In this document: piece by piece, positions 18,789 through 27,472 of the stretch
Numbering within the stretch: position 1 is the first letter of the stretch
How the letters are laid out: the number at the start of each line of letters is the position of its first letter
Assembly (NCBI GenBank): GCA_050011565.1
Contig: JBEKIW010000001.1
Coordinates: 544,001-608,000 of the forward strand
Direction of reading: 5' to 3'
From: Dehalococcoidia bacterium
GTDB taxonomy: Bacteria; Chloroflexota; Dehalococcoidia; GIF9; UBA5629
Length of the DNA: 64,000 nt
Translations under genes and position numbers: made by a program
The notes under the pieces: generated by a model
Seen by the model: the letters and a program-made list of their open reading frames with translations, nothing else
Databases searched by the model: none
Told to the model about the DNA's origin: nothing

Positions 18789-20298
18789 GCTTCCTCCCGA
18801 GAGTAATTTCGTAGACCAGTGACATATCGAGGTTGTGTCTGATTATATCCGCTAGTTTATCATACATATCCTGCTTGTTTATCGAAGAAGCCGTAGTTGA
18901 CGGTAATCCGCGAAGCTGTCGCAGCCGGTTCAGCAGCCGGCGAGTGAACTCGGTATTGTGAAATAAGCCATGAATGTAAGTGCCGAATATGAGTCCGTTA
19001 GGGCTAACAGCACCGTCGAAATAATCTAATTTCCCTTGAGGCGTTTCCAGGACATGGAGTGCCGGCCGGCAATTACGGTTTCTGGTTTGACCCATATGAA
19101 TCTCGTAGCCGGTGATATCCATATCCTTCAGGCCTTTAAATAAGCCGTCGTCGGCAGCAATGCGGGCTTTAACCTGGGTGGTTGTTTTGTTGCTGTTAAA
19201 CACAGTGGTGATTTCTAGCAGGCCAAGACCGTCGATTCTATTATGTTTAGATTCGATTTTCTCAGGGTCGAGTATGCTGCTTCCCAGCATCTGATAGCCG
19301 CCGCAAATACCTATTATTGGAACGCCTGACTGCACTAGCTGGATAATAACCGGCACCAGGCCTTGTTGTTTCAAGTGTACTAAATCGGCGACGGTGCTCT
19401 TGGTGCCGGGCAGGATGAGCAGGTCTGGATTGCCTAACTCTGGGGGGCTGGACACATAACGGACGGTACAGCCCTGCTCTTCCAGTGGGTCGAAATCATC
19501 GTAGTTGGAGATATGGGGCAGCCGAATCACAGCTACGTCTAGAGTTCCGTTGGCTGACGTTGTTTGTCTTTCATCCAGATAAACCGAGTCCTCCTGGGCA
19601 ATAGTAATGCCCCGGAAGTAAGGAATGACTCCCAGGACAGGCTTGCCGGTTCGCTTCTCCAGTATGTCCAGGCCCGGCTTCAATAGCTTCAGGTCGCCTC
19701 GAAATTTGTTGATGACAAGCCCTTTGATACGAGCGCGCTCCAGTTTGGTCAGCAGTTCCAGTGTGCCGATTATAGAAGCGAAGACGCCGCCGCGGTCGAT
19801 GTCTCCGACAAGCAGGACGGGAGCTTTAGCCATTCTGGCAATTCTCATATTAACTATTTCCCTTTTTTTGAGGTTTATCTCTGCCGGGCTGCCCGCGCCT
19901 TCGATGACCACAATATCATAGGCAGCAAGCAAATGATTTAAAGAGTCCTCAATAATCTTTAGTAGTCTGGGAGTGTAGCTGTAATACTGGCTGGCCGTTA
20001 GATTTTTGGCTACCTTGCCTAAAACGATTACCTGGGACCTGGCATCGGCTTCGGGTTTGAGCAGGATAGGGTTCATATGTACTGAAGGCTCGATGCCGGC
20101 TGCTTCGGCCTGTACTGCCTGGGCCCGTCCGATTTCACCGCCTTCAGTGGTAACGAAGGAGTTTAATGCCATATTCTGTGCTTTAAACGGGGCGACTTTG
20201 AAGCCGTCCTGCCGGAAAATACGGCATAGTCCGGCCACGATTATGCTTTTACCTACGGATGAAGCTGTGCCCTGTATCATCAGGGTTTTAGCTGGCAT
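18781..20298 (-). CDS. cobQ: Cobyric acid synthase (CobQ/CbiP)
   Basis: QGTASSVGKS, PFKAQNMALNS, EGAGSPAEINL, DIDRGG, GICGGYQMLG, GYEIHMG, GTYIHG. Confidence 0.97.
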   Translation of the reverse strand: MPAKTLMIQGTASSVGKSIIVAGLCRIFRQDGFKVAPFKAQNMALNSFVTTEGGEIGRAQAVQAEAAGIEPSVHMNPILLKPEADARSQVIVLGKVAKNLTASQYYSYTPRLLKIIEDSLNHLLAAYDIVVIEGAGSPAEINLKKREIVNMRIARMAKAPVLLVGDIDRGGVFASIIGTLELLTKLERARIKGLVINKFRGDLKLLKPGLDILEKRTGKPVLGVIPYFRGITIAQEDSVYLDERQTTSANGTLDVAVIRLPHISNYDDFDPLEEQGCTVRYVSSPPELGNPDLLILPGTKSTVADLVHLKQQGLVPVIIQLVQSGVPIIGICGGYQMLGSSILDPEKIESKHNRIDGLGLLEITTVFNSNKTTTQVKARIAADDGLFKGLKDMDITGYEIHMGQTRNRNCRPALHVLETPQGKLDYFDGAVSPNGLIFGTYIHGLFHNTEFTRRLLNRLRQLRGLPSTTASSINKQDMYDKLADIIRHNLDMSLVYEITLGRKHG

Positions 20299-21385
20299 GG
20301 TTCAGTGCTCCCATATCTTTGATAGCTTCGATTAGCTTCTGACACTCCGACAAGGAGCGCGGAGCCAGACGTATGTATTCGGGCAAGCCGAACGACGTGC
20401 AATCACGCACCAGTAGACCTTTCTTTAATAAAGCTTGTCTGAAGGTTGCGGCATTGCCCACCCGGACAAGGAAGAAATTGGTTTGTGAAGGCAGCGGCGA
20501 TAGCCCAAGGCATTCCAGCTCTTTTATCAGGAAATTTTTGGCCTTTCGAATTTTGTTATAGCACCCCTTGAGATAACTGTCAGCATTCAGGGCAACGATG
20601 CCAGCTTTCTGGGCCACGCTATTGACATTCCAGGGCGGGCGGACACGTCTTAGTTGGGAGATAATTGATTCCTCAGCTATGGCGTAGCCCAGGCGCAGTC
20701 CTGCCAGCGCATAGTCCTTGGTCATCGACCGCAGGATTACTAAGTTGCCATGGTCTATTAAGTCCACGGATGCCCAGGCGTTTTCGGTGAAAGCGATGTA
20801 GGCTTCGTCAAGCACGATGAGGCTTTCCGGAGCACTTGACATAATCTGTGCAACTTCGCCTCTGGACATATATTGTCCCGTCGGGTTATTAGGATTGCAC
20901 AGAAAAACGGCTTTGGGTTTATGTTTTCGGAGCAATTTTGTGATTTCACATACATCGAGATGGAAATCCGGCTCTTTAAGAACGGGCTGTTTCATTATTT
21001 TAGCATCGGCGAGTTGACAAGCGGTTTGGTATTCGCTGTAGGTCGGCTGTGGGATAATGACTAAATCATTGGGTTCAAGGTAGGCGGCAGCAGTAAGCCT
21101 GATTAGCTCCGTGGAACCGTTGCCTACAATGAGCTTGCCCGGGGATATGTTTAGTTTTTCAGCTAGTGCCTGTCTTAGTTCGCTGGCTTCAGAGTCGGGA
21201 TAGTGTTCGACTGATGCGTTGACTAAGACTTCCTTTATGCCTGGCGGTGGCCCGAACGGATTAATGCTGACGCTGAAGTCGAGGACAACCTCCGGCAAAA
21301 TACCAAGTCTCTTCAACTCCTCGTAGTCAATGCCACCATGAATGCTGGGGGCAAGCCTATTTATAGCTGGTCTATGCTGCAACAA
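20288..21385 (-). CDS. cobD: Threonine-phosphate decarboxylase (PLP, HisC-like)
   Basis: HGG, DFSVSINP, CNPNNPTG, LDEAY, RSMTKDYALAGLRLGY, RDCTSF; located between cbiB and cobQ. Confidence 0.85.
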   Translation of the reverse strand: MLQHRPAINRLAPSIHGGIDYEELKRLGILPEVVLDFSVSINPFGPPPGIKEVLVNASVEHYPDSEASELRQALAEKLNISPGKLIVGNGSTELIRLTAAAYLEPNDLVIIPQPTYSEYQTACQLADAKIMKQPVLKEPDFHLDVCEITKLLRKHKPKAVFLCNPNNPTGQYMSRGEVAQIMSSAPESLIVLDEAYIAFTENAWASVDLIDHGNLVILRSMTKDYALAGLRLGYAIAEESIISQLRRVRPPWNVNSVAQKAGIVALNADSYLKGCYNKIRKAKNFLIKELECLGLSPLPSQTNFFLVRVGNAATFRQALLKKGLLVRDCTSFGLPEYIRLAPRSLSECQKLIEAIKDMGALNHAS

Positions 21386-22319
21386 AATATATTACCTCGG
21401 CTAACATCAATATTGAGCACCACATGATGGCAGTCACTACAATAATTTGCCGGGAGGCATCAATAGTATTCAGTGACAATGGAAGATGGTTGTCACCCAA
21501 CTTGTAATGACCGGCCTTTTCCAATTGTACGTCGAGCGCGCCGGCGACGGCACTCATTGTCCAGCCGGCGTTGGGGCTCTCTGTTTTATTGTGGTCGCGA
21601 ATCATAATATGCCAGGCCTGTGAGATATTCTTTCGACATATCAATGCCGCCAGAACTATCAGCAGTGCAGTAACCCGTGCCGGGATAAAATTGGCGACAT
21701 CGTCTAATCGGGCAGCGAATTTACCCACATATTCCCATCGTCCACGGTAGCCTATCATAGTATCATAGGTATTTATTACCCGGTAAGCTATGGCACCAGG
21801 CACGCCGAAGATAGAGAAGTAAAACAGAGGAGCTACAAAGCTGTCGCATATATTCTCGGCTGCCGACTCTACTGCAGCTGAAATCACCTGGCTCTGGCTG
21901 AGCTCAGTGGTGTCGCGGCTGACCAGAGACCTCAAACTCAGGCGCGCCTGTCCCAGGTTATCTTTAGACAGGAGTCTTTTAACCGAATCAACAGCTTGCC
22001 TGAGTCCTCGTAAGGAAAAACTGAATTTCAGCAGAAGACCCGAGATAATGACATAGACTATAAGGTTAAACTCACTGAGTTGAGCAAATAAAAAATAAAC
22101 AGCGGTCACAATTAGTCCGAGCGTAACTAAAACGATACCGGCGCCATAAGCCATCTGCCTGAATTTTCCCCTTTGTGGAGCCAGCTTCGTTTCCAATGAA
22201 ATTAGCTTCCCTAACCAGGCTACCGGATGCCAGGTGTTTGGTGGCTCACTTAAAATGAGGTCGAGCGTGAGGGCTATGAGCAGAATAACTATTTTTCCCA
22301 TCGTTTCTGCAATAATCAT
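21372..22319 (-). CDS. cbiB: Adenosylcobinamide-phosphate synthase
   Basis: EPP..HPVAWLG, LVSRDT, ESAAEN..DSFVAPLFY, YRVINTYDTMIGY, SPNAGW. Confidence 0.96.
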   Translation of the reverse strand: MIIAETMGKIVILLIALTLDLILSEPPNTWHPVAWLGKLISLETKLAPQRGKFRQMAYGAGIVLVTLGLIVTAVYFLFAQLSEFNLIVYVIISGLLLKFSFSLRGLRQAVDSVKRLLSKDNLGQARLSLRSLVSRDTTELSQSQVISAAVESAAENICDSFVAPLFYFSIFGVPGAIAYRVINTYDTMIGYRGRWEYVGKFAARLDDVANFIPARVTALLIVLAALICRKNISQAWHIMIRDHNKTESPNAGWTMSAVAGALDVQLEKAGHYKLGDNHLPLSLNTIDASRQIIVVTAIMWCSILMLAEVIYFVAA

Positions 22320-23104
22320 TTGTCTTTATCAGAGACGATAAGGGTAGCCGGCAATTTGTTAACCGGATGAGGATAGACATAGACTTCCGCCCCGTAAACG
22401 TCCTTGATAGTCTTAGCATTTATCACTGCCTGAGGAATGCCCTGGCAGTAGACCGTTCCGTTGCTGAGCACTACCAGCCGGTCGCAATATTGAGATGCCA
22501 GGTTTAAATCATGAAGCGTCACCACCACAATTAGTTTCTGTTTTCGGCACAATTGGCGCGCCAAATCTAAAGTTTCTATCTGGTAATTAATGTCCAGATT
22601 GGCGGTAGGTTCATCCATAAGCATTATTTTCGGCTCCTGGGCCAGGGCACGGGCGATAGTCAGGCGCTGTCTTTCACCTCCGGACAGCTCGCCAACTCTG
22701 CGTTCAGCAAAAGCAAGCGTCTGGGTAGCTTCCATGACAGCTTTTACGATAGCCAGGTCCTTTTTCCCTTCGTACCTTAGTAGGCCCAGATGAGGGGTAC
22801 GCCCCATAAGCACCACCTCGAGGGCGGTGAACGGTTCAGGTAAGGTCGGGTTTTGAGGCACGACAGCTACCAGTTGGGCTAGTTTCTGCCTGTTTATGCC
22901 AGATATGTCACTGCCGTCAAGGAAGATTTTTCCGCTGCCTGGCTGGATAAGTCGGGTTATGCCCCTTATCAAAGTCGATTTGCCGGAACCGTTGGGACCG
23001 ATGATGCCCAGCATCTCTCCAGGTCTGGCTTCGAAGCTGATGTTACGGAGCACAGTTTGTTTGCCGTAACCCAGGCTGACGTTATCAAGTCGTAAGTTGA
23101 ACAT
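22316..23104 (-). CDS. btuD: Corrinoid ABC transporter ATP-binding protein (BtuD-like)
   Basis: GPNGSGKST, MGRTPH, LSGGERQR, DEPTANLD, HDLNLA; context in B12 operon. Confidence 0.88.
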   Translation of the reverse strand: MFNLRLDNVSLGYGKQTVLRNISFEARPGEMLGIIGPNGSGKSTLIRGITRLIQPGSGKIFLDGSDISGINRQKLAQLVAVVPQNPTLPEPFTALEVVLMGRTPHLGLLRYEGKKDLAIVKAVMEATQTLAFAERRVGELSGGERQRLTIARALAQEPKIMLMDEPTANLDINYQIETLDLARQLCRKQKLIVVVTLHDLNLASQYCDRLVVLSNGTVYCQGIPQAVINAKTIKDVYGAEVYVYPHPVNKLPATLIVSDKDK

Positions 23105-24184
23105 TTAAAATATGGCTCTCTTCTTTTGTCGCAATAGATAAAGAAAGAAAGGGGCTCCCAGAAAGGCAGTGATAACACCAATGGGCACCTCGGTAGGCGC
23201 CAGCATGGTTCGGGCGGCAGTGTCGGCCAGAATCAAGAAAATGGCTCCGGCAAATGTAGCCAGTGGCAACAGGAAGCGGTGGTCAGGGCCCCATATAAGC
23301 CGCATGGCGTGGGGGATAATGATGCCGACAAAGCCGATAATACCGCAGAAGCAGACCGCAGCCGCGGTTATCAATGTTGCAGCTCCGAGCAAAATTAGCT
23401 TGACTTGTTCCACATTGATGCCCAGCTGCTGTGCCTGTTCTTCATCGAGTTGCATTACGTTCAGAGGCCGGGCATAGAGCCATATGATTACTGTACCAAC
23501 GAGAATGTAGGGCGTTACCATTGCCACCTGCCACCAGCTGGTTAGCGCAAATGAACCCAGGAGCCAGGAGATGATGCCGTGTAATCTGTCGCCTGAGGCA
23601 ATCATCAGGTATGAGGTAATCGCCGCCAGAAAAGCACCGATAGCTACACCAGCCAGGATTAACGTAGTCATGGGTAGAGTTTTTCCGACTTTGGCTATGG
23701 AGTAGACCATAACTGCTGCTGAAACGGCACCAACGAATGCCAGTAGGGGGATGCTGCCGATTTGCCATGATACCGGCAACATAAAACCGATGACAGCTCC
23801 TAAAGCTGCGCCTTGAGCCACTCCGATGAGATACGGGTCAGCCAGAGGGTTACGGAAAAGTCCCTGATATGTGGTTCCGGCCACAGCCAATGCAGCACCT
23901 ACCAGACCGGCCAGCAATAACCGTGGCAGGCGAATATCAAAAATGATAATTTCTGTGTTGCTTGTCCAGGTTGGTTCGATATGGATAAGAGGCAATTTAG
24001 ATAACAGGATATGAAATAACGTACCAAAGGGAATATCAGTGCTGCCTATACCCAAAGTAACCACAATCGTTATTCCCAAAAGCAGGGCCATCCCAACGAT
24101 GGCGTAAATTCGACTGCGCCACTGTATGGGGTAAACAGTAGTGGTCTCTGGTATGGCTGCGTCCTTTAGCGATTCCAGCGCCAT
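23105..24184 (-). CDS. btuC: Corrinoid ABC transporter permease (FecCD/BtuC family)
   Basis: IRLPR, QGLFRNPLADPY, EEQAQQLGINV, IGFVGIIIPH, EVPIGVITAFLGAPFF. Confidence 0.9.
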   Translation of the reverse strand: MALESLKDAAIPETTTVYPIQWRSRIYAIVGMALLLGITIVVTLGIGSTDIPFGTLFHILLSKLPLIHIEPTWTSNTEIIIFDIRLPRLLLAGLVGAALAVAGTTYQGLFRNPLADPYLIGVAQGAALGAVIGFMLPVSWQIGSIPLLAFVGAVSAAVMVYSIAKVGKTLPMTTLILAGVAIGAFLAAITSYLMIASGDRLHGIISWLLGSFALTSWWQVAMVTPYILVGTVIIWLYARPLNVMQLDEEQAQQLGINVEQVKLILLGAATLITAAAVCFCGIIGFVGIIIPHAMRLIWGPDHRFLLPLATFAGAIFLILADTAARTMLAPTEVPIGVITAFLGAPFFLYLLRQKKRAIF

Positions 24185-24185
24185 T

Positions 24186-24926
24186 CTAGACTATCCTTGT
24201 CACCGTATACCTGAGTTCCTCGTTTCCCGTAAGACACGAGACATTATTTAAATGCTTCTTAGCCATAATCACCGCGGTTTTCATTTCATTACTTGTCGGC
24301 CGCCGCCATGGATTATCACCTGCTGGAAAATAGGCATCAATCCGATAAGGGATATCCCTATCAACGTGACCAATGAACCTGGCGATTTTTTCAATTTCGT
24401 TGTGCTCAATGTATTCAGGGATAAAGATACTTTCAGCTCTAAGCTTGGCTCCGGATTTGTATAGAGAAATAAAATTAGCTAGAGCTTCTTTATTGGATTT
24501 ACCGGTGTACTCGCGGTGTAGATTGTCAGTGTAAGCCTTAATGCTGAAGACAATCTCATCAAAGTATTGTGCAGTCAATACTTTGAAGCCATTGGTTAGC
24601 AGTATATTGCGGGTAGCATATTCCTCGTGCAGGTTTTTGGCTAGCTCGGGCAGCTCCGGGTCGGTAGCTGGCTCCTGCCCCATAAAAAAAGCTTGTTGCA
24701 CCTTCAGTTTGCGTACAGTGTCTTGAACCTGGTCAATGCTGAGGAATGTTTTCGGCTCCAGTTTGGCCATCTTGTTTGGCTGAAAGATGGCCTCTTTTGT
24801 TTCTTCGAGATGGCAGTCGTAGATTTCCTTGCGGCACAGGCAGGCACGGCAGCTTAGGTTACAGCCCCAGAAGTGAAGGTAAACTGCCTTTGGCTCCGGC
24901 GAATAAGTGATATGATAGATATTCAT
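24186..24926 (-). CDS. Radical SAM protein (activating-enzyme-like, single domain)
   Basis: CxxxCxxC in GCNLSCRAC, GQEPA (GGEP-like), LLTNG, SIKAYT..LHREYTGKSN. Confidence 0.85.
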   Translation of the reverse strand: MNIYHITYSPEPKAVYLHFWGCNLSCRACLCRKEIYDCHLEETKEAIFQPNKMAKLEPKTFLSIDQVQDTVRKLKVQQAFFMGQEPATDPELPELAKNLHEEYATRNILLTNGFKVLTAQYFDEIVFSIKAYTDNLHREYTGKSNKEALANFISLYKSGAKLRAESIFIPEYIEHNEIEKIARFIGHVDRDIPYRIDAYFPAGDNPWRRPTSNEMKTAVIMAKKHLNNVSCLTGNEELRYTVTRIV

Positions 24927-25846
24927 TTGAATTTTTCGAATAGTTCCGGATGAATAAATTGTGCCATCTCTTCCAGTGCTTCTACCACGCGAGGACCGGG
25001 TCGATCTATCAGGTCACCATCTATTTTGTACACTCTGCTATTCAGCAGTGCCTGAGTATTTTTCAGCCTGGACTCAGATTTTATGTATTGCCAGGGCAAG
25101 TCCTCACCGGTGCCCATGCCAACAGAGACGATAATTACCTCTGGGTCTCTGTTAATGACTGTCTCGAGGTCGATTGTTTTGTCGCCGGTGATATCGGAGG
25201 CAATGTTTTGCCCGCCCGCCTGGCTGATTACATCGTTGCTTAGAGTCCCTGTGCCAGCGGTCCACAGCGGGTCATGCCAGGTGACGTAAAAAACCCTCGG
25301 TCTTTGGGCAGAAGACAATTTTTGTGTTTTGTCAGCTATTTCTTTAATACGTGCGCTCAGGTCTTTAACCAGTTCAGAAGCCACTTTGTCCTGCCCCGTA
25401 ATTTCCCCTACCAATTTGATGCTGTCCAGCACATCATTGAGGGAGCCCGGGGTTAAAGCGACAACTGTTATTCCAAGGTTTTCCAAGGCTGGGATAATGG
25501 TCTTATCGTGTATCCGGGTTGCCAGCACTAAGTCTGGCCTGAGTGAAACGACCTTTTCTATGTCCACAGTACTGAAACCACCAACTTTAGGTTTAGTCTT
25601 GGCTGCTTCAGGATAGTTACAGTACTCAGTGTCGCCTACTACTTTATCTCCCAACCCGAGAGCGAACAGGATTTCGGTATTGCTTGGTGCCAGAGATACG
25701 ATCCTTTGGGGTACTGTGTTGATCGTTACTTTTCTACCCAGACCGTCAACTATGTTGCCTGGGGGAGATTGTGGAATACAGCTGAGTAGAACAAGCGCGG
25801 TTAATGCTATGGCGATGTAAAAGCTATGGCGGATATATTTACTCAT
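24923..25846 (-). CDS. btuF: Cobalamin-binding lipoprotein of ABC transporter
   Basis: Lipobox LLSC, RIVSLAPSNTEILFALG, EKVVSLRPDLVL, RPGPR. ATG at 25846 has an AAGGAG RBS (track used TTG at 25861). Confidence 0.92.
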   Translation of the reverse strand: MSKYIRHSFYIAIALTALVLLSCIPQSPPGNIVDGLGRKVTINTVPQRIVSLAPSNTEILFALGLGDKVVGDTEYCNYPEAAKTKPKVGGFSTVDIEKVVSLRPDLVLATRIHDKTIIPALENLGITVVALTPGSLNDVLDSIKLVGEITGQDKVASELVKDLSARIKEIADKTQKLSSAQRPRVFYVTWHDPLWTAGTGTLSNDVISQAGGQNIASDITGDKTIDLETVINRDPEVIIVSVGMGTGEDLPWQYIKSESRLKNTQALLNSRVYKIDGDLIDRPGPRVVEALEEMAQFIHPELFEKFK

Positions 25847-25871
25847 TATCGTCTCCTTCAAATAGACAGTA

Positions 25872-25905
25872 AAATAAAATCCCCTTGCTTTGGAGCAAGG
25901 GGATT
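25872..25905 (-). terminator. Intrinsic terminator in the btuF leader (riboswitch expression platform)
   Basis: Minus strand: AATCCCCTTGCT-ccaa-AGCAAGGGGATT followed by TTATTTT. Confidence 0.85.
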
Positions 25906-25921
25906 AATTAAAAATAATAAA

Positions 25922-26066
25922 TCCCACCCCCTTACTCCGCGGAGGCAGCTATACTAGTAAGGCCGATGTTCTGACTTTCACAGCAGGCGGGACTGTGCCG
26001 GAATTTCACCGGTTTGCATACCAATTAAGCCCTGGGTCACCCTTGGGCACCCTACTAAAGCTATTC
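25922..26066 (-). ncRNA. Cobalamin riboswitch (compact form)
   Basis: Minus strand: GGGTGCC..GGCTTAAT..CCGGTGAAATTCCGGCACAGTCCCGCCTGCTGTGA-AAGTCAGAA..GGCC. The downstream hairpin loop GCGG can pair with the CCGC loop. Directly upstream of btuF. Confidence 0.9.
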
Positions 26067-26077
26067 AGTTAATAAAT

Positions 26078-26106
26078 AGAATAGCTGGAAACCGGGCTAA
26101 AGTCAA
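26078..26106 (-). promoter_or_regulatory. Sigma70-type promoter of the B12 operon
   Basis: Minus strand TTGACT-17 nt-TATTCT immediately 5' of the riboswitch. Confidence 0.6.
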
Positions 26107-26178
26107 TAGTCCGAAAGAATATACTGTTCAGAATAAAGAATAGAACAAAACCCCTATAAAAAGACAGTATTATTTCGC

Positions 26179-26207
26179 TTGCCTCGTTTGATTGTGCATG
26201 ATATAAT
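26179..26207 (+). promoter_or_regulatory. Sigma70-type promoter upstream of folD
   Basis: TTGCCT-17 nt-TATAAT with TGn extension. Confidence 0.65.
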
Positions 26208-26501
26208 CCGAGTTTGGCAGTAAGCTCGGAGTCCTAATTTAAATCGACCTTGGATAATTGCACTCCAAATCCCGAGCTTATTATTTTGGCTGGGGCAAAG
26301 TCTTTAAGTTCTGAATCAACCATTCTTGGTCATTGTGTAAAAAGACAATGGTATAGTACTGTCTAACGAGCGACCTGAAATCGGAAATAACCGGAATAAA
26401 TAAAAAGACTGGGGGTGAGAATAGCTAAAAATACCAAAGCAGTTCTGCATTTCATTTTGGCCGGAATCTAAACGGTTGAGCAACAGGGAGGAAAATAAGA
26501 T

Positions 26502-27389
26502 ATGACTGCAAAAATCATCAGTGGCACCGAAGTAGCTGCTGAAATTCGCCAGGAATTAAAAGGCAGAGTAAAAAAAATTGTAGATAAGGGGATTACTCCG
26601 GCACTGGCTGTGGTGCTGGTGGGAGAAGACCCGGCATCGGTATCTTATGTTACCGCCAAAGCGAAAGGCGCTGAGGAAATAGGCATGCATGAGGAGACCA
26701 TCCGGCTGCCGGCCGATACCCCGGAGAAAAAAGTTCTCGATACCGTAGAAAAGCTGAACAAAGACGAGAAATTCCATGGCATACTTGTTCAGTTGCCGCT
26801 ACCCAAACATATAGATACTGAAAAGGTAATTAGCTTCATCTCAGCCGAAAAAGACGTGGATGGCTTTCATCCAATCAACGTCGGTAAGGCGCTCAGGGGT
26901 GAGCCCTGCCCTCTGCCTTGTACCCCGCATGGAGTGCAAGAACTATTGATTAGAAGCGGCAACAGCCCTGAGGGCAAACATGTCGTCATTTGTGGGCGGA
27001 GCAATCTTGTGGGTAAACCTCTGGCGGCTATTTTGATGCAGAAGAAGAAAGGCGCTAATGCTACAGTCACTGTTTGCCATACAGGGACCAAAGATATTGG
27101 TTATTTTTCCAGGCAGGCTGATATAGTGGTGGCAGCTATGGGGGCGCCTAAGGCGATAACTGCTGACATGATCAGAGAAGGTGCAGTGGTTATCGATGTC
27201 GGCGTTAACCGCGTGGAAGATAAGACAAAAGAGAAAGGCTTCCGCCTGGTCGGTGATGTCGACTTTGATGCCATGAAGGAGAAGGCATCGGCCATAACTC
27301 CGGTCCCCGGCGGCGTCGGGCCTATGACAGTGACTATGCTGCTGCTGAACACTGTGGAAGCAGCTGAAAGAAAAGCGGGTATCAGCTAA
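26502..27389 (+). CDS. folD: Bifunctional methylene-THF dehydrogenase / methenyl-THF cyclohydrolase
   Basis: GILVQLPLP, EKDVDGFHP, PCTPHG, GRSNLVGKP, IDVGVNR, ITPVPGGVGPMT. Confidence 0.98.
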   Translation: MTAKIISGTEVAAEIRQELKGRVKKIVDKGITPALAVVLVGEDPASVSYVTAKAKGAEEIGMHEETIRLPADTPEKKVLDTVEKLNKDEKFHGILVQLPLPKHIDTEKVISFISAEKDVDGFHPINVGKALRGEPCPLPCTPHGVQELLIRSGNSPEGKHVVICGRSNLVGKPLAAILMQKKKGANATVTVCHTGTKDIGYFSRQADIVVAAMGAPKAITADMIREGAVVIDVGVNRVEDKTKEKGFRLVGDVDFDAMKEKASAITPVPGGVGPMTVTMLLLNTVEAAERKAGIS

Positions 27390-27472
27390 CAAAGTGAAAT
27401 CTCGGGAAATATTTATTTTCTCGATTTTCAGAGTAAAGTAACAATAAATAGAAAGGAAAAGGAGGTTGTTAT

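Noticed and set aside
26208-26500. THF or ZTP riboswitch upstream of folD
   Set aside because: Consensus elements (e.g. GACTGGCGGA..CGCCTGGGCA for ZTP; GCGTTAAGTG..GGGAAGTTG for THF) not found.
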